Source of the DNA: the human T2T-CHM13v2.0 reference genome, Homo sapiens
DNA: 64,000 bases
Direction of reading: 5' to 3'
Assembly (NCBI GenBank): GCA_009914755.4
Contig: CP068257.2
Span: forward strand, 8,256,001-8,320,000
The notes below the pieces were generated by a model. That model saw only the letters and a list, made by a program, of their open reading frames with translations, did not search any database and had not been told where the DNA came from. Shown here piece by piece: positions 50,301 through 64,000 of this stretch. Position 1 is the stretch's first letter. Every line of letters begins with the position of its first letter. Both the position numbers and the translations under genes were made by a program.

Positions 50301-51741
50301 ATCTAAAGAAAGGTTCAGCATTGTGAAATGAACACACACATCACAAAGAAGTTTCTCCGAATTCTACTGTCTAGTTTTTATGTGAAGATATTTCCTTTTC
50401 CACCATTGGCCACAAAGCGCTCCTGATGTCCATTTGCGGATTCAACCAAAAGAGATATTCAAAACTGCTCAAACAAAAGAAAATTTTATCTCTGTGAGAT
50501 GAATACACCCATCACAAAGAAGTTTCTCAGATTGCTTCTGTCTAGATTTTATGTGAAGATATTTCCCTTTCTACCATAGGCCGCATTGCGCTCCGTATGT
50601 CTACTTGCAGATCCTACAAAAAGAGGGTTTCCGAACTGCTCAATCTAAAGCATGGTTCAACTCTATGAGATGAACGCACACATCACAAAGAAGTTTCTCA
50701 GAATTCTTCTATCTAGTTCTTATGGGAAGATATTTCCTTTTCCACCATAGGCCACCTAGTGCTCCAAATGTCTACTTGCAGATTCTACAAAAAGAGAGTT
50801 TCAAAACTGCTCAATCAAAAAAAAATTTTAACTATGTGACATGAATGCACACATCACAAAGTAGTTTCTCAGATTGCTTCTGTCTGGAATTTATGTGAAC
50901 ATATTACCTTTTCTACAATAGGCCGCAAAGCGCTCCAAATGTCCACTTGCAGATTCTACAAAAAGAGTGATTCCAAACTGCTCAATCAAAAGAAAGGTTC
51001 AAATCTGTGATATGAATGCAGATATCACAAAGAAGTTTCTCAGAATTCTTCTGTATGGTTTTTATGTGAAGATATTACCTTTTCCACCATGGGCCTCAAA
51101 GCACTTCCAATGTACACTTGCAGATTCCACAAAAGGGAGTTTCTAAACTGCTGAATCAAAAGGAAGTTTTAACTGTGTGAGATGAATGCACACATCACAA
51201 AGAAGTTTCTGAGACTTCTTCTGTCTAGGTTTCATGTGAAAATAGTTCCGTTTTTACCATAGGCCACAGAGCGCTTCAAATGTGCACTTGAAGATTCTAC
51301 ATTAACAGTGTTTCCAAACTGCTCCATCAAAAGAGAGGTTCAACTCTGTGAAATGAACGCACACATCACAAAGAAGTATGTCGGAATTCTTCAGTCTAGT
51401 TTTTATGTTGAAGATACTACCTTTTCCACCATAGGCCTCAAAGCACTCCAATGTACACTTGCAGATTCTACAAAAAGAGAGTTTCAAAACTGCTTTATCA
51501 AAAGAAAGGTTTAACTCTGTGATATGAATGCATATATTACAAAGAAGTTTCTCAGATTTCTTCTGTCTAAATTTGATGTGAAGATATTTCCTTTTCTACC
51601 ATTGGCTACAAAGTGATCCAAATGTCCACTTGCAGATTCTACAAAAAGAGTGTTTCCTAACTGCTCAATCAAAAGAAAGGTTGAACTCGGTGAGGTGAAC
51701 GCACACATCCCAACAAAGTTTCTCAGAATTTTTCTGTCTAG
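41351..51741 (-). repeat. Alpha satellite block with a distinct dimeric monomer flavour, still in the same orientation.
   Basis: From ~41.35 kb on, monomers change from ..ctccaaatatccac../..gaatgcttctgtgtagtttttatg.. to ..ctccaaatgtccac..gtttccaaactgctc..atgaacgcacac... Two types alternate: ..gaattcttctgtctagtttttatgtgaagatatttccttttccaccataggcctcaaagc and ..gattgcttctgtctagattttatgtgaagatatttccttttctaccataggccgcaaagc. The resulting periodicity is ~340 bp. Confidence 0.8.
46879..46916. repeat. A-rich tract, A17-cagacatt-A13, replacing ~60 bp of an alpha monomer.
   Basis: taggcctcaaattgctcc[a17]cagacatt[a13]gataggttcaactctgtgag. The ccaaatgtccacttgcagattctacaaaaagag..gctcaatcaaaa segment expected at this position is absent. 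Confidence 0.7.
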
Positions 51742-51754
51742 TTTTTTTTTTTTT

Positions 51755-51797
51755 AAGAGCAGTTTGGGTTTTATTTCTTTTTTTATGTTCATAGAAG
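51755..51797 (-). other. A 43-bp non-canonical segment between the L1#2 canonical 3' end with its (TAAA)n run and the poly(A). Candidate 3' transduction or aberrant tail.
   Basis: In the L1 sense the element ends ..CTTAAAGTATAATAAATAAATAAATAAATA then CTTCTATGAACATAAAAAAAGAAATAAAACCCAAACTGCTCTT then A13. The middle 43 nt are neither consensus L1 3' end nor alpha satellite. Confidence 0.4.
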
Positions 51798-52019
51798 TAT
51801 TTATTTATTTATTTATTATACTTTAAGTTTTAGGGTACATGTGCACAATGTTCAGGTCAGTTACATATGTATACATGTGACATGCTGGTTCGCTGCACCC
51901 ACTAACTCACCATCTAGCATTAGGTATATCTCCCAATGCTATCCCTCCCCCCTCTCCCCACCCCACAACAGTACCCAGAGTGTGATGTTCCCCTTCCTGT
52001 GTCCATGTGTTCTCATTGT

Positions 52020-55841
<3,822 letters not shown>

Positions 55842-55901
55842 GATGTTAGCTGGTTATTTTGCTCGTTAGTTGATGCAGTTTTTTCCTAGTCTCGAAGGTC
55901 T

Positions 55902-56915
55902 TTACATTTTGGTATGATTTTGCAGCGGGCTGGTACCAATTGTTCCTCTTCATGTTTAGTGCTTCCTTCAGGAGCTCTTTTAGGGCAGGCCTGGTGGTGA
56001 CAAAATCTCTCAGCATTTGCTTGTCTGTAAAGTATTTTATTTCTCCTTCACTTATGAAGTTAATTTGTCTGGATATGAAATTCTGGGTTGAAAATTCTTT
56101 TCTTTAAGAATGTTGAATATTGGTCCCCACTCTCTTCTGGCTTGTAGAGTTTCTGCAGAGGGATCTGCTGTTAGTCTAATGGGCTTTCCTTTGAGGGTAA
56201 CCCGACCTTTCTCTTTCGCTGCCCTTAACATTTTTTCCTTCATTTCAACTTTGGTGAATCTGACAATTATGTGTCTTGGAGTTGCTCATCTCGAGGAGTA
56301 TCTTTGTGGCATTCTCTGTTTTTCCTGAATCTGATTGTTGGCCTGCCTCGCTAGATTGGGGAAGTTCTCCTGGATAATAACCTGCAGAGTGTTTTCCAAC
56401 TTGGTTCTATTCTCCCCGTCACTTTCAGGTACAACAATCAGACGTAGATTTGGTCTTTTCTCATAGTCCCATATTTCCTGGAGGCTTTGCTCGTTTCTTT
56501 TTATTCTTTTTTCTCTAAACTTCCCATCTCGCTTCATTTCATTCACTTCATCTTCCATTGCTGATACCCTTTCTTCCAGTTGATCGCATTGGCTCCTGAG
56601 GCTTCTGCATTCTTCATGTACTTCTCGAGCCTTGGCTTTCAGCTCCATCAGCTCCTTTAAGCACTTCTCTGTATTTGTTATTCTAGTTATACATCCCTCT
56701 AAATTTTTTTCAACGTTTTCAACTTCTTTGCCTTTGGTTTGAGTGTTCTGCAGCTCGGAGTAGTTTGATCATCTGAAGCCTTCTTCTCTCTGCTAGTCAA
56801 AGTCATTCTCCATCCAGCTTTGTTCCATTGCTGATGAGGAACTGCGTTCCTTTGGAGGAGGAGAGGCACTCTACTTTTTAGAGTTTCCAGTTTTTCTGCT
56901 CTGATTTTTCCCCAT
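55902..56915 (-). pseudogene. L1#2 ORF1 pseudogene. The ATG is at 56913-56915 and internal stops follow.
   Basis: ccacaaagatgggg-equivalent at 56901-56920. ORF-track pieces 56286..56648 (coiled coil, ..EECRSLRSQCDQLEERVSAMEDEVNEMKRDGKFREKRIKRNEQSLQEIWDY..) and 56052..56243 (MKEKMLRAAKEKGRVTLKGKPIRLTAD..). The stop is at ~55902-55904 and a 60-bp inter-ORF spacer follows. Confidence 0.85.
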
Positions 56916-57821
56916 CTTTGTGGTTTTATCTACTTTTGGTCTTTGATGATGGTGATGTACTGATGGGTTTTTGTTGTGGATGTCCTTTCTGTTTGTTAGT
57001 TTTCCTTCTAACAAACAGAACCCTCAGCTGCACGTCTGTTGGAGTACCTGGCCGTGTGAGGTGTCAGTCTGCCCCTGCTGGGTGGTGCCTCCCAGTTAGG
57101 CTGCTCTGGGTTCAGGGGTCAGGGCCTCACTTGAGGTGGCAGTCTGCCCATTCTCAGATCTCCAGCTGCATGCTGGGAGAACCACTGCTCTCTTGAAAGC
57201 TGTCAGACAGGGACATTTAAGTATGCAGAGGTTACTGCTGTCTTTTTGTTTGTCTGTGTCCTGTCCCCAGAGGCGGAGCCTACAGAGGCAGGCAGGCCTC
57301 CTTAAGTTGTGGTGGGCTCCACCCAGTTCCAGCTTCCTGGCTGCTTTGTTTACCTAAGCAAGCTTGGGCAATGGCGGTGCCCCTTCCCCAGCCTCGCTGT
57401 CTCCTTGTAGTTTGATCTCAGACAGCTGTGCTAGCAATCAGCAAGACTCTATGTGTGTAGGACCCTCTGAGCCAGGTGTGGGATATAATCTCCTCATGTG
57501 CAATTTTTTATGTCCGTGGGAAAAGCACAGTATACGGGTGGGAGTGACCCGATTTTCCAGGTGCTGTCTGTCAACCCTTTCTTTGACTAGGAAAGGGAAC
57601 TCCCTGACCCCTAGTGCTTCCCGAGTGAGGCAATGCCTTGGCCTGCTTCGGCTCTTGCATGGTGTGTGCACCCACTGACCTGCTCCCACTGTCTGGCACT
57701 CACTAGTGAGACGAACCCGGTACCTCAGATGGAAATGCAGGAATCACCCATCTTCTGCGTCGCTCATGCCGGGAGCTGTGGACTGGAGCTATTCCTATTC
57801 GGTCATCTTGGTTCCTCTCCC
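56916..57821 (-). promoter_or_regulatory. L1#2 5' UTR, ~906 bp, holding the internal promoter. The antisense-promoter region would face the inverted alpha block beyond 57822. Activity is unknown.
   Basis: Reverse complement of the L1 5' UTR through to the extreme 5' end. The YY1-site region reads aagatgacc, one mismatch from AAGATGGCC. Confidence 0.6.
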
Positions 57822-60800
57822 GGAACACTCTCTTTGTAGAATCTGCAAGTGGACATTTGGAGCGCTTTGAGGCCTATGGTGGATAACAAAATATCTTCAT
57901 ATGATAACTTGACAGAAGCATTCTAAGAAACTTCTTTGTGATGTATGTACTCGTCCCACAGAGTTGAACCTTTCTATTGATTTAGCAGTCTGGAAGCACT
58001 CTTTTTGTAAAATCTGCAAGTGGACATTTTGTGCACTTTTAGGCCTATGGTAAAAAGGAAATATCTTCACATAAAAACCAGACAGAAGCATTTTGACAAC
58101 CTTCTTTGCAATATGTGCATTCGTATCACAGAGTTGAGCCTTAATTTGATTTAGCAGTTTTGAAGCACCCTTTTGATAATACCTGTGATTGGACATTTGG
58201 AGTGCTTTGATGCCTTTGGTGGAAAAGGAAATATCTTCACATAAGAACTAGACAGACGCATTCTGACAAACTTCTTTGTGATGTGTGCATTCATCTCAGA
58301 GAGTTGAACATTTATTTTGATTGAACAGCTTTGAAAACCTCTTTTGTGGAATCTGCAAGTGGACATTGGGAGTGCTTTGAGGCCTATGGTAGAAAAGGAA
58401 ATATCTTCACATAAAAACTAGACAGAAGCATTCTGACAAACATCTTTGTGATGTGTGCATTCATCTCACAGAGTTGAACCTAACTTTTGATTGAGCAGTT
58501 TGGAAACACTCTTTTTGTAGAATCTACAAGTGGACATTTAGAGTGCTTTGAGGCCTATGGTGGATAAAGAAATATCATCACACAAAATATAGACAGAAGC
58601 AATCTTGGAAATTTATTTGTGATGTGTGCATTCATCTCACAGAGTTAAACCTTTCTTTTGATTGAGCAGTTTTGAAACACTCTTTCTGTAGAATCTGCAA
58701 GTGGATATTCGGAGTGCTTTGTGGCCTATGGTGGAAAAGGTAATATCTTCACATAAAAACTACGCAGAAGCATTCTAAGAAAGTTCTTTGTGATGTGTGC
58801 ATTCAACTCTAAGATTTGAACCTATCTTTTGACTGGGCAGTTTTGAAACACTCTTTTTGTAGAATCTGCAAGGGGATATTTAGAGCGATTCGAGGCCTAT
58901 TGTGGAAAAGGAAATATCTTCACATAAAAACTACAGAAAAGCATTCTACGAAAGTTCTTTGTGATGTGTGCATTCAATTCTCAGAGTTGAACCTATCTTT
59001 TGATAGAGCAGTTTTGAAACTCTCTTTTTGTAGAATTTGCAAGTGGATATTTGGATTCCTTTGTGGCCTACGGTGGAAAAGGAAATATCTTAACATAAAA
59101 ACTACACAGAAGCATTCTGAGAAACTACCTTGTGATGTGTGAATTCACATCACAGTGTTTAACATTTCTTTTGATTGTGCAGTTTGGAAACACTCTTTTA
59201 CTAGTATCTGCAAGTGGATATTTCGAGCCCTTGTAGGCCTATTGTGGAAAAGGAAATATCTTCACATAAAAACTACACAGAAGCATTTTGAGAAACTCCT
59301 GTGTGATGTGTGAATTCATCTTACAGACTTGAACCTGTCTTTTGATTGAGCAGTTTTGAAACACTCTTTTTATAGACTCTGCAAGTGGATATTTGCATCA
59401 CTTTGAGGCCTATGGTGGAAAAGGAAATATCTTCCCAAAAAACCTACACAGAAGCATTCTCAGAAACTTCTTTGTGATGTGTGCATTCATCTTACAGAGT
59501 TGAAACTTTCTTTTGATTGAGCAGTTTAGAAACACTCTTTCATAGAATCTGCAAGTGGATACTTGGAGCGTTTTGAGGCCCATGGTGGAAAAGGAAATAT
59601 CTTCCCATAAAAACTACAAAGAAGCATTCTGAGAAACTTCTTTATGATATGTGCATTGAACGCAAAGAGTTGAACCTATCTTCTGATACAGCAATTTTTA
59701 AAATCACTTTTTATAGAATCTGGAAGTGGATATTTGGAGCGTTTTGTATCCTATGGTGGAAAAGGAAATATCTTTCCATAAATGCTACACAGAAGTATTC
59801 GGAGTAACTACTTTGTGATGTGTGCATTCAACTCATAGAGCTGAACCTATCTTTTGATAGAGCAGTTTTGAAAATCTCTTTTTGTAGAATCAGCAAGTGC
59901 ATATTTGGAAACCTTTGCAGGCTATGGTGGAAAACTAAATATCTTCTTATAAAAACTTCACAGAAGCATTCTGAGAAACTTTTTTGTGATGTATGCATTC
60001 ATCTCATGGAGTTGAACCTCTCTTTCAATTGAGAAGTTTGGAAACACTCTTTTTGTGGAATCTGCAAATGGATATATGGAGGGCTTGAGGCCTATTGTGG
60101 AAAAGGAAATATCTTCCCATGAAAACTACACAGAGGCATTCTGAGAAACTTCCTTGTGAGGTGTACATTCAACTCACCGATTTGAACCTTTCTTTGGATT
60201 TAGCAGTTTGGAAACACTCTTTTTGTAGAATCTGCAAGTAGTTATTTTGATCGATTTGGAGCCTATGTGGGAAAGGAAATATCTTCACATAAAAACTACA
60301 CAGAAATATTCTGAGAAATTTCTTTGTGATGTGTGCATTCACCTCACAGAGTTGAGCCTATCCTTTGATAAAGTAGTTTTGAAACTCTCTTTTTGTAGGA
60401 TCTGCAAGTGGATATTTGGAGCCTTTTGCATCCTACGTAGGAAAAGCAAATATCTTCACATAAAAACTACACAGAATCATTCTGAGAAACTTCTTTGTGA
60501 TGTGTGCATTCAACTCACAGAGATGAACTTTTCTTTTGATAGAGCAGTTTTCAAACTCTCTCTTTGTAGAATCTGCAAGTGGATATTTGGAGCCCTTTGC
60601 AGCCTAGGTAGGAAAAGGAAATATTTTCACATCAAAACTACATAGAAGCATTCTGAAAAACTTCTTTGTGATGTGTGCATTCAGCTCACAGAGTTGAACT
60701 TATCTTTTCACAGAGCAGGTTTAGAACTCTCCTTTTGTATAATCTGGAAGTAGATATTTGGAGGGCTTTGAGGCCTGTGGTGGAAAAGGAAATATCTTCA

Positions 60801-63800
60801 GATAAAAACTACACATAAGCATTCTGAGAAAGTTCTCTGTTATGTGTGCATACGTCTCACAGAGTTGAAGATATCTTTTACATATAGCAGTTTTGAAAAT
60901 TTCTTTTTGTAGAATCTGCAAGTGGATATTTGGAGTCCTTTGCAGCCTACGGTGGAAAACGAAATATCTTCACATAAAAACTACACAGAAGCCTTCTGAG
61001 AAACTTCTTTGTGATGTGTCCACTCATCTCACAGAGTTGAACCTTTCATTTGATAGAGCGGTTTTGAAACACTTTTTTTGCAGAATCTACAAGTGGATAT
61101 TGGGAACGCATTGAGGCTTATGGTGGAAAAGGAACTATCTTCACATAAAAACTACACAGAAGCATTCTGAGAAACTTCTTTGTGATGTGTGCATTCATCT
61201 CACAGAGATGAACCTATCTTTTCATAGAGCAGTTTTGAAACTCTCTTTCTGTAGAATCTGCGACTGGATATTTGGAGCCCTTAGCGGCCTATGGTGGAAA
61301 AGGAATTATCTTCACATAAAAACTACACAGTATCATTCTGAGAAACTTGTTTGTGATGTGTGCATTCATCTCACAGATTTGAACCCTTCCATCTTTTGAG
61401 CAGTTTGTACACCCTCTTTTTGTAAAATCTACAAGTGGATATATGGAGCGCTTTGAGGCCTATTGTGGAAAAGGAAATACCTTCACATAAAAACTACACA
61501 GAAGCATTCTGAGAAACTTCTTTTTGACGTGTGCATTCATCTCACAGAGTTGAACATTTCATGTGATTGAGCAGCTTTGAAACACTCTTTTTGTAAAATC
61601 TGCAAGTGGGTATTTGCAGCACTTTGAGGCCTATTTTGGAAAAGGAAATATCTTCCCATAAAAACTACATAGAAACATTCTCAGAAACTTCTTTGTGTTA
61701 TGTGCATGTATGTAGAGAGTTGAACCTTTCATTTGATTTAGCAGTTTGCAAACACTCTTTTAGTAGAATCTGCAAGTAGATATTTGAAGCCCTTGGGGCC
61801 TATTATGGAAAAGGAAATATCTTCACATAAAAACTATGCAAAAGCGTTCTGAGAAACTTCATTGTGATGTGTGCATTCACTTAACAGAGTTGAACCTTTC
61901 TTTGAATTAAGCAGTTTTGAAACACTCTTTCTGTAGAATCTGCAAGTGGATATTCAGAGTGCTTTGTGGCCTACGGTGGAAAAGGTAATATCTTCACATA
62001 AAAACTATGCAAAGCATTCTAAGAAAGTTCTTTGTGATGTGTGCATTCAACTCTCAGAGTTGAACATATTTTTTGATAGAGCAGTTTTGAAACTCTCTTT
62101 TTGTAGAATTTGAAGGGGATATTTGGATTCCTTTGTGGCCTATTGTGGAAAAGGAAATATCTTAACATAAAAAATATACAGAAGCATTCTGAGAAACTTC
62201 TTTGTGATGTGTGCATTCATCTCACAGAGTTGAACCTATCTTTTGATAAAGCAGTTTTGAAACTCTCTTTTTGTAGAATCTGCAAATGGATATTTGGAGC
62301 CCTTCGCAGCCTGTGGTGGAAAAGGAAATATCTTAACATAAAAAGTACACAGAAGCATTCTGAGAAACTTCTTTGTGATGTGTGCATTCATATCATAGTG
62401 TTGAACATTTCATTTGTTTGTGCAGTTTGGAAACATTCTTTTACTAGTATCTGCAAGTGGATATTTCGAGCTATTTTAGGCCTATTGTGGAAAAGGAAAC
62501 ATCTTCACATATAAACTACACAGAAGCATTTTGAGAAACTCCTGTGTGAAGTGTGAATTCACCTCATGGACTTGAACCTTTCTTTGAATTAAGCAGTTTT
62601 GAAACACTCTTTCTGTAGAATCTGCAAGTGGATATTTGGAGCACTTTGAGGCCAATGGTGGAAAAGGAAATATCTTAACATAAAGACTACACAGAAGAAT
62701 TCTGAGAAGTTCTTTGTGATGTTTGCATTCAACACACAGAGTTGAACATATCTTTTGATAGAGCAGTTTTGAAACTCTCTTTTTGTGGAATCTGCAAGTC
62801 GATATTTGGAGCACTTTGTGGCCCATTGTGGAAAAGGAAATATCTTCACATAAAAACTACATAGAAGCATTCTGAGAAACTAATTTGTGATGTGTGCACT
62901 TATCTCACATAGTTGAACCTTTCATTTGATACAGCGGTTTTGAAACACTCTTTTTGCAGAATCTGCAAGTGGATATTGGGAGCGCATTGAGGCCTATGGT
63001 GGAAAAGGAACTATCTTCACATGAAAACTACACAGAAGCATTCTGAGAAACTTCTTCGTGATTTGTGCGTTCTTCTCACAGAAATGAACCTATCTTTTGA
63101 TAGAGCAGTTTTGAAACTCTCTTTTTGTAGAATCTGCGAGTGGATATTTGGAGCCCTTAGAGGCTTATGGTGGAAAAGGAAAAGGAATTATCTTCACATA
63201 AAAACTACACAGTATCATTCTGAGAAACTTGTTTGTGATGTGTGCATTCGTCTCACAGAGTGGAAAATTTCATTTGAATGAGCAGTTTTGAAAAACTCTT
63301 TTTGTAGAATCTGCAAGTGGATATTTGGAGGGCTTAAAGGCCTAATGTTGAAAAGGAAATATCTTCACATTAAATCTACAGAGAAGCATTCAGAGAATCT
63401 TCTTTCTGTTGTGTGCTTTGATCTCACAGTGTTGAACCTGTCTTTTATTCAGAAGTTTGGAAACAGTCTTTTTGCAGAATCTATAAGTGTATATTTGGAG
63501 CACTTTGAGGGCTATGGTGGAGATTGAAATGCCTTCAAATAAAAACTGCACAATAGCCTTCTCAGAAAATTCTTTGTGATGTGTGCATTCAACTCACAGA
63601 GTTAAACCTATCTTCTGTTAGAGCAGTTTTGAAACTCTATTTTTTTGGAGTTTGCAAGTGGATATTTGGAGCTCTTTGAGGCCTATGGTGGAAAAGGAAA
63701 TATATTCACATAAAAACTACTCAGAAGCATTCTCAGAAAGTGCTTTGTGATGTGTGTATTCATCTCACAGAGTTGAACCTTTCTTTTGATTGAGCAATTT

Positions 63801-64000
63801 TGAAACACTGTTTTTGTAGAATCTGCAAGTGGGTATTTTGAGCGCTTTGAGGCCTATAGTGGAAAAGGAAATGTCTTCACAAAAAATCTACGCAGAAGAA
63901 TTCTCAGAAACTTTTTTGTGATATGTACATTCATCTCACAGTGTTGAATCTTTCTTTTGATTGGGCAGTTTGGAAACACACTTTTTGTAGAATCTGTAAG
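57822..64000 (+). repeat. Alpha satellite in the opposite orientation to everything left of L1#2. The first ~5 monomers, 57822-58650, carry the gtggacattt/ctagacagaag flavour. After that the gtggatattt/ctacacagaag flavour takes over.
   Basis: Monomers here read ..ctttttgtagaatctgcaagtggatatttggagc..gaggcctatggtggaaaaggaaatatcttcacataaaaactacacagaagcattctgagaaacttctttgtgatgtgtgcattca..cacagagttgaacc... That is the conventional consensus orientation and the exact reverse complement of the motifs in 1-51741. Confidence 0.95.
58700..63270 (+). repeat. Overlapping intra-array duplications in the right-hand block. 58700-59400 resembles 61950-62600 at an offset of ~3.1-3.25 kb, or 18-19 monomers. 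60900-61400 resembles 62760-63270 at an offset of ~1.87 kb, or 11 monomers.
   Basis: Colinear matches by eye. For example, gtggatattcggagtgctttgtggcctatggtggaaaaggtaatatcttcacataaaaactacgcag at 58701 matches 61946. The distinctive monomers ..ctttgtggcctacggtggaaaaggaaatatcttaacat.. and ..tttactagtatctgcaagtggatatttcgagc.. are shared. ORF-track peptides 61187..61399 and 63021..63281 are near-identical. Confidence 0.75.

Noticed and set aside
57822-58650. The right flank of L1#2 as a recent inverted duplicate of the sequence immediately left of the L1, which would make a true palindrome.
   Set aside because: The monomers share a flavour, gtggacattt/ctagacagaag, but the reverse complement of 57822-57990 does not closely match 51600-51741. 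For example, gacgagtacatacatc differs from gaacgcacacatc. They are the same family and not a recent mirror copy, although a dot-plot should confirm this.

Overview
This window is primate centromeric or pericentromeric alpha-satellite DNA, most likely human. It is made of about 300 tandem monomers of roughly 171 bp and is interrupted by two full-length L1 (LINE-1) retrotransposons, both antisense to the window. L1#1 spans about 18325-24488 and L1#2 about 51742-57821, including its 3' tail. I found no cellular protein-coding gene and no prokaryote-style system. The many 60-140 aa ORFs in the six-frame track are reading frames running through repeated satellite monomers or through the antisense or disrupted frames of the L1s. 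The only real coding remnants are decayed L1 ORF1 and ORF2 pseudogenes.

The satellite is not one homogeneous higher-order-repeat (HOR) array. Blocks differ in how far they have diverged, and local intra-array segmental duplications are superimposed on them:
- Spacing multiples of the monomer recur: 10, 8, 27, 19, 18 and 11 monomers.
- Two single monomers (29960-30301 and 40461-40802) are duplicated in tandem at essentially 100% identity.
- Near 41.35 kb the monomer flavour changes to a dimeric 'aaatgtccac / ctgtctag' type.

The most notable structure is an alpha-satellite strand switch whose breakpoint coincides exactly with the 5' end of L1#2. Left of L1#2 the satellite runs in one orientation across 51 kb; right of it, from 57822 on, it runs in the opposite orientation. 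L1#2 has no target-site duplication (TSD). L1#1 has a classical TSD of about 20 bp and collinear flanks. Both L1s entered at the same T-rich site of the monomer (ctgtgtagTTTTT/ATgtgaag), which matches the L1 endonuclease consensus. L1#2 also carries a 43-bp non-L1 segment between its canonical 3' end and its poly(A), which is a candidate 3' transduction.

No intact CENP-B box was seen by eye; nearly all monomers carry the pJalpha-type motif instead. Everything here was read directly from the sequence. Subfamily, suprachromosomal family and chromosome assignments need RepeatMasker/Dfam, HumAS-HMMER and alignment to a T2T assembly, none of which I could run.
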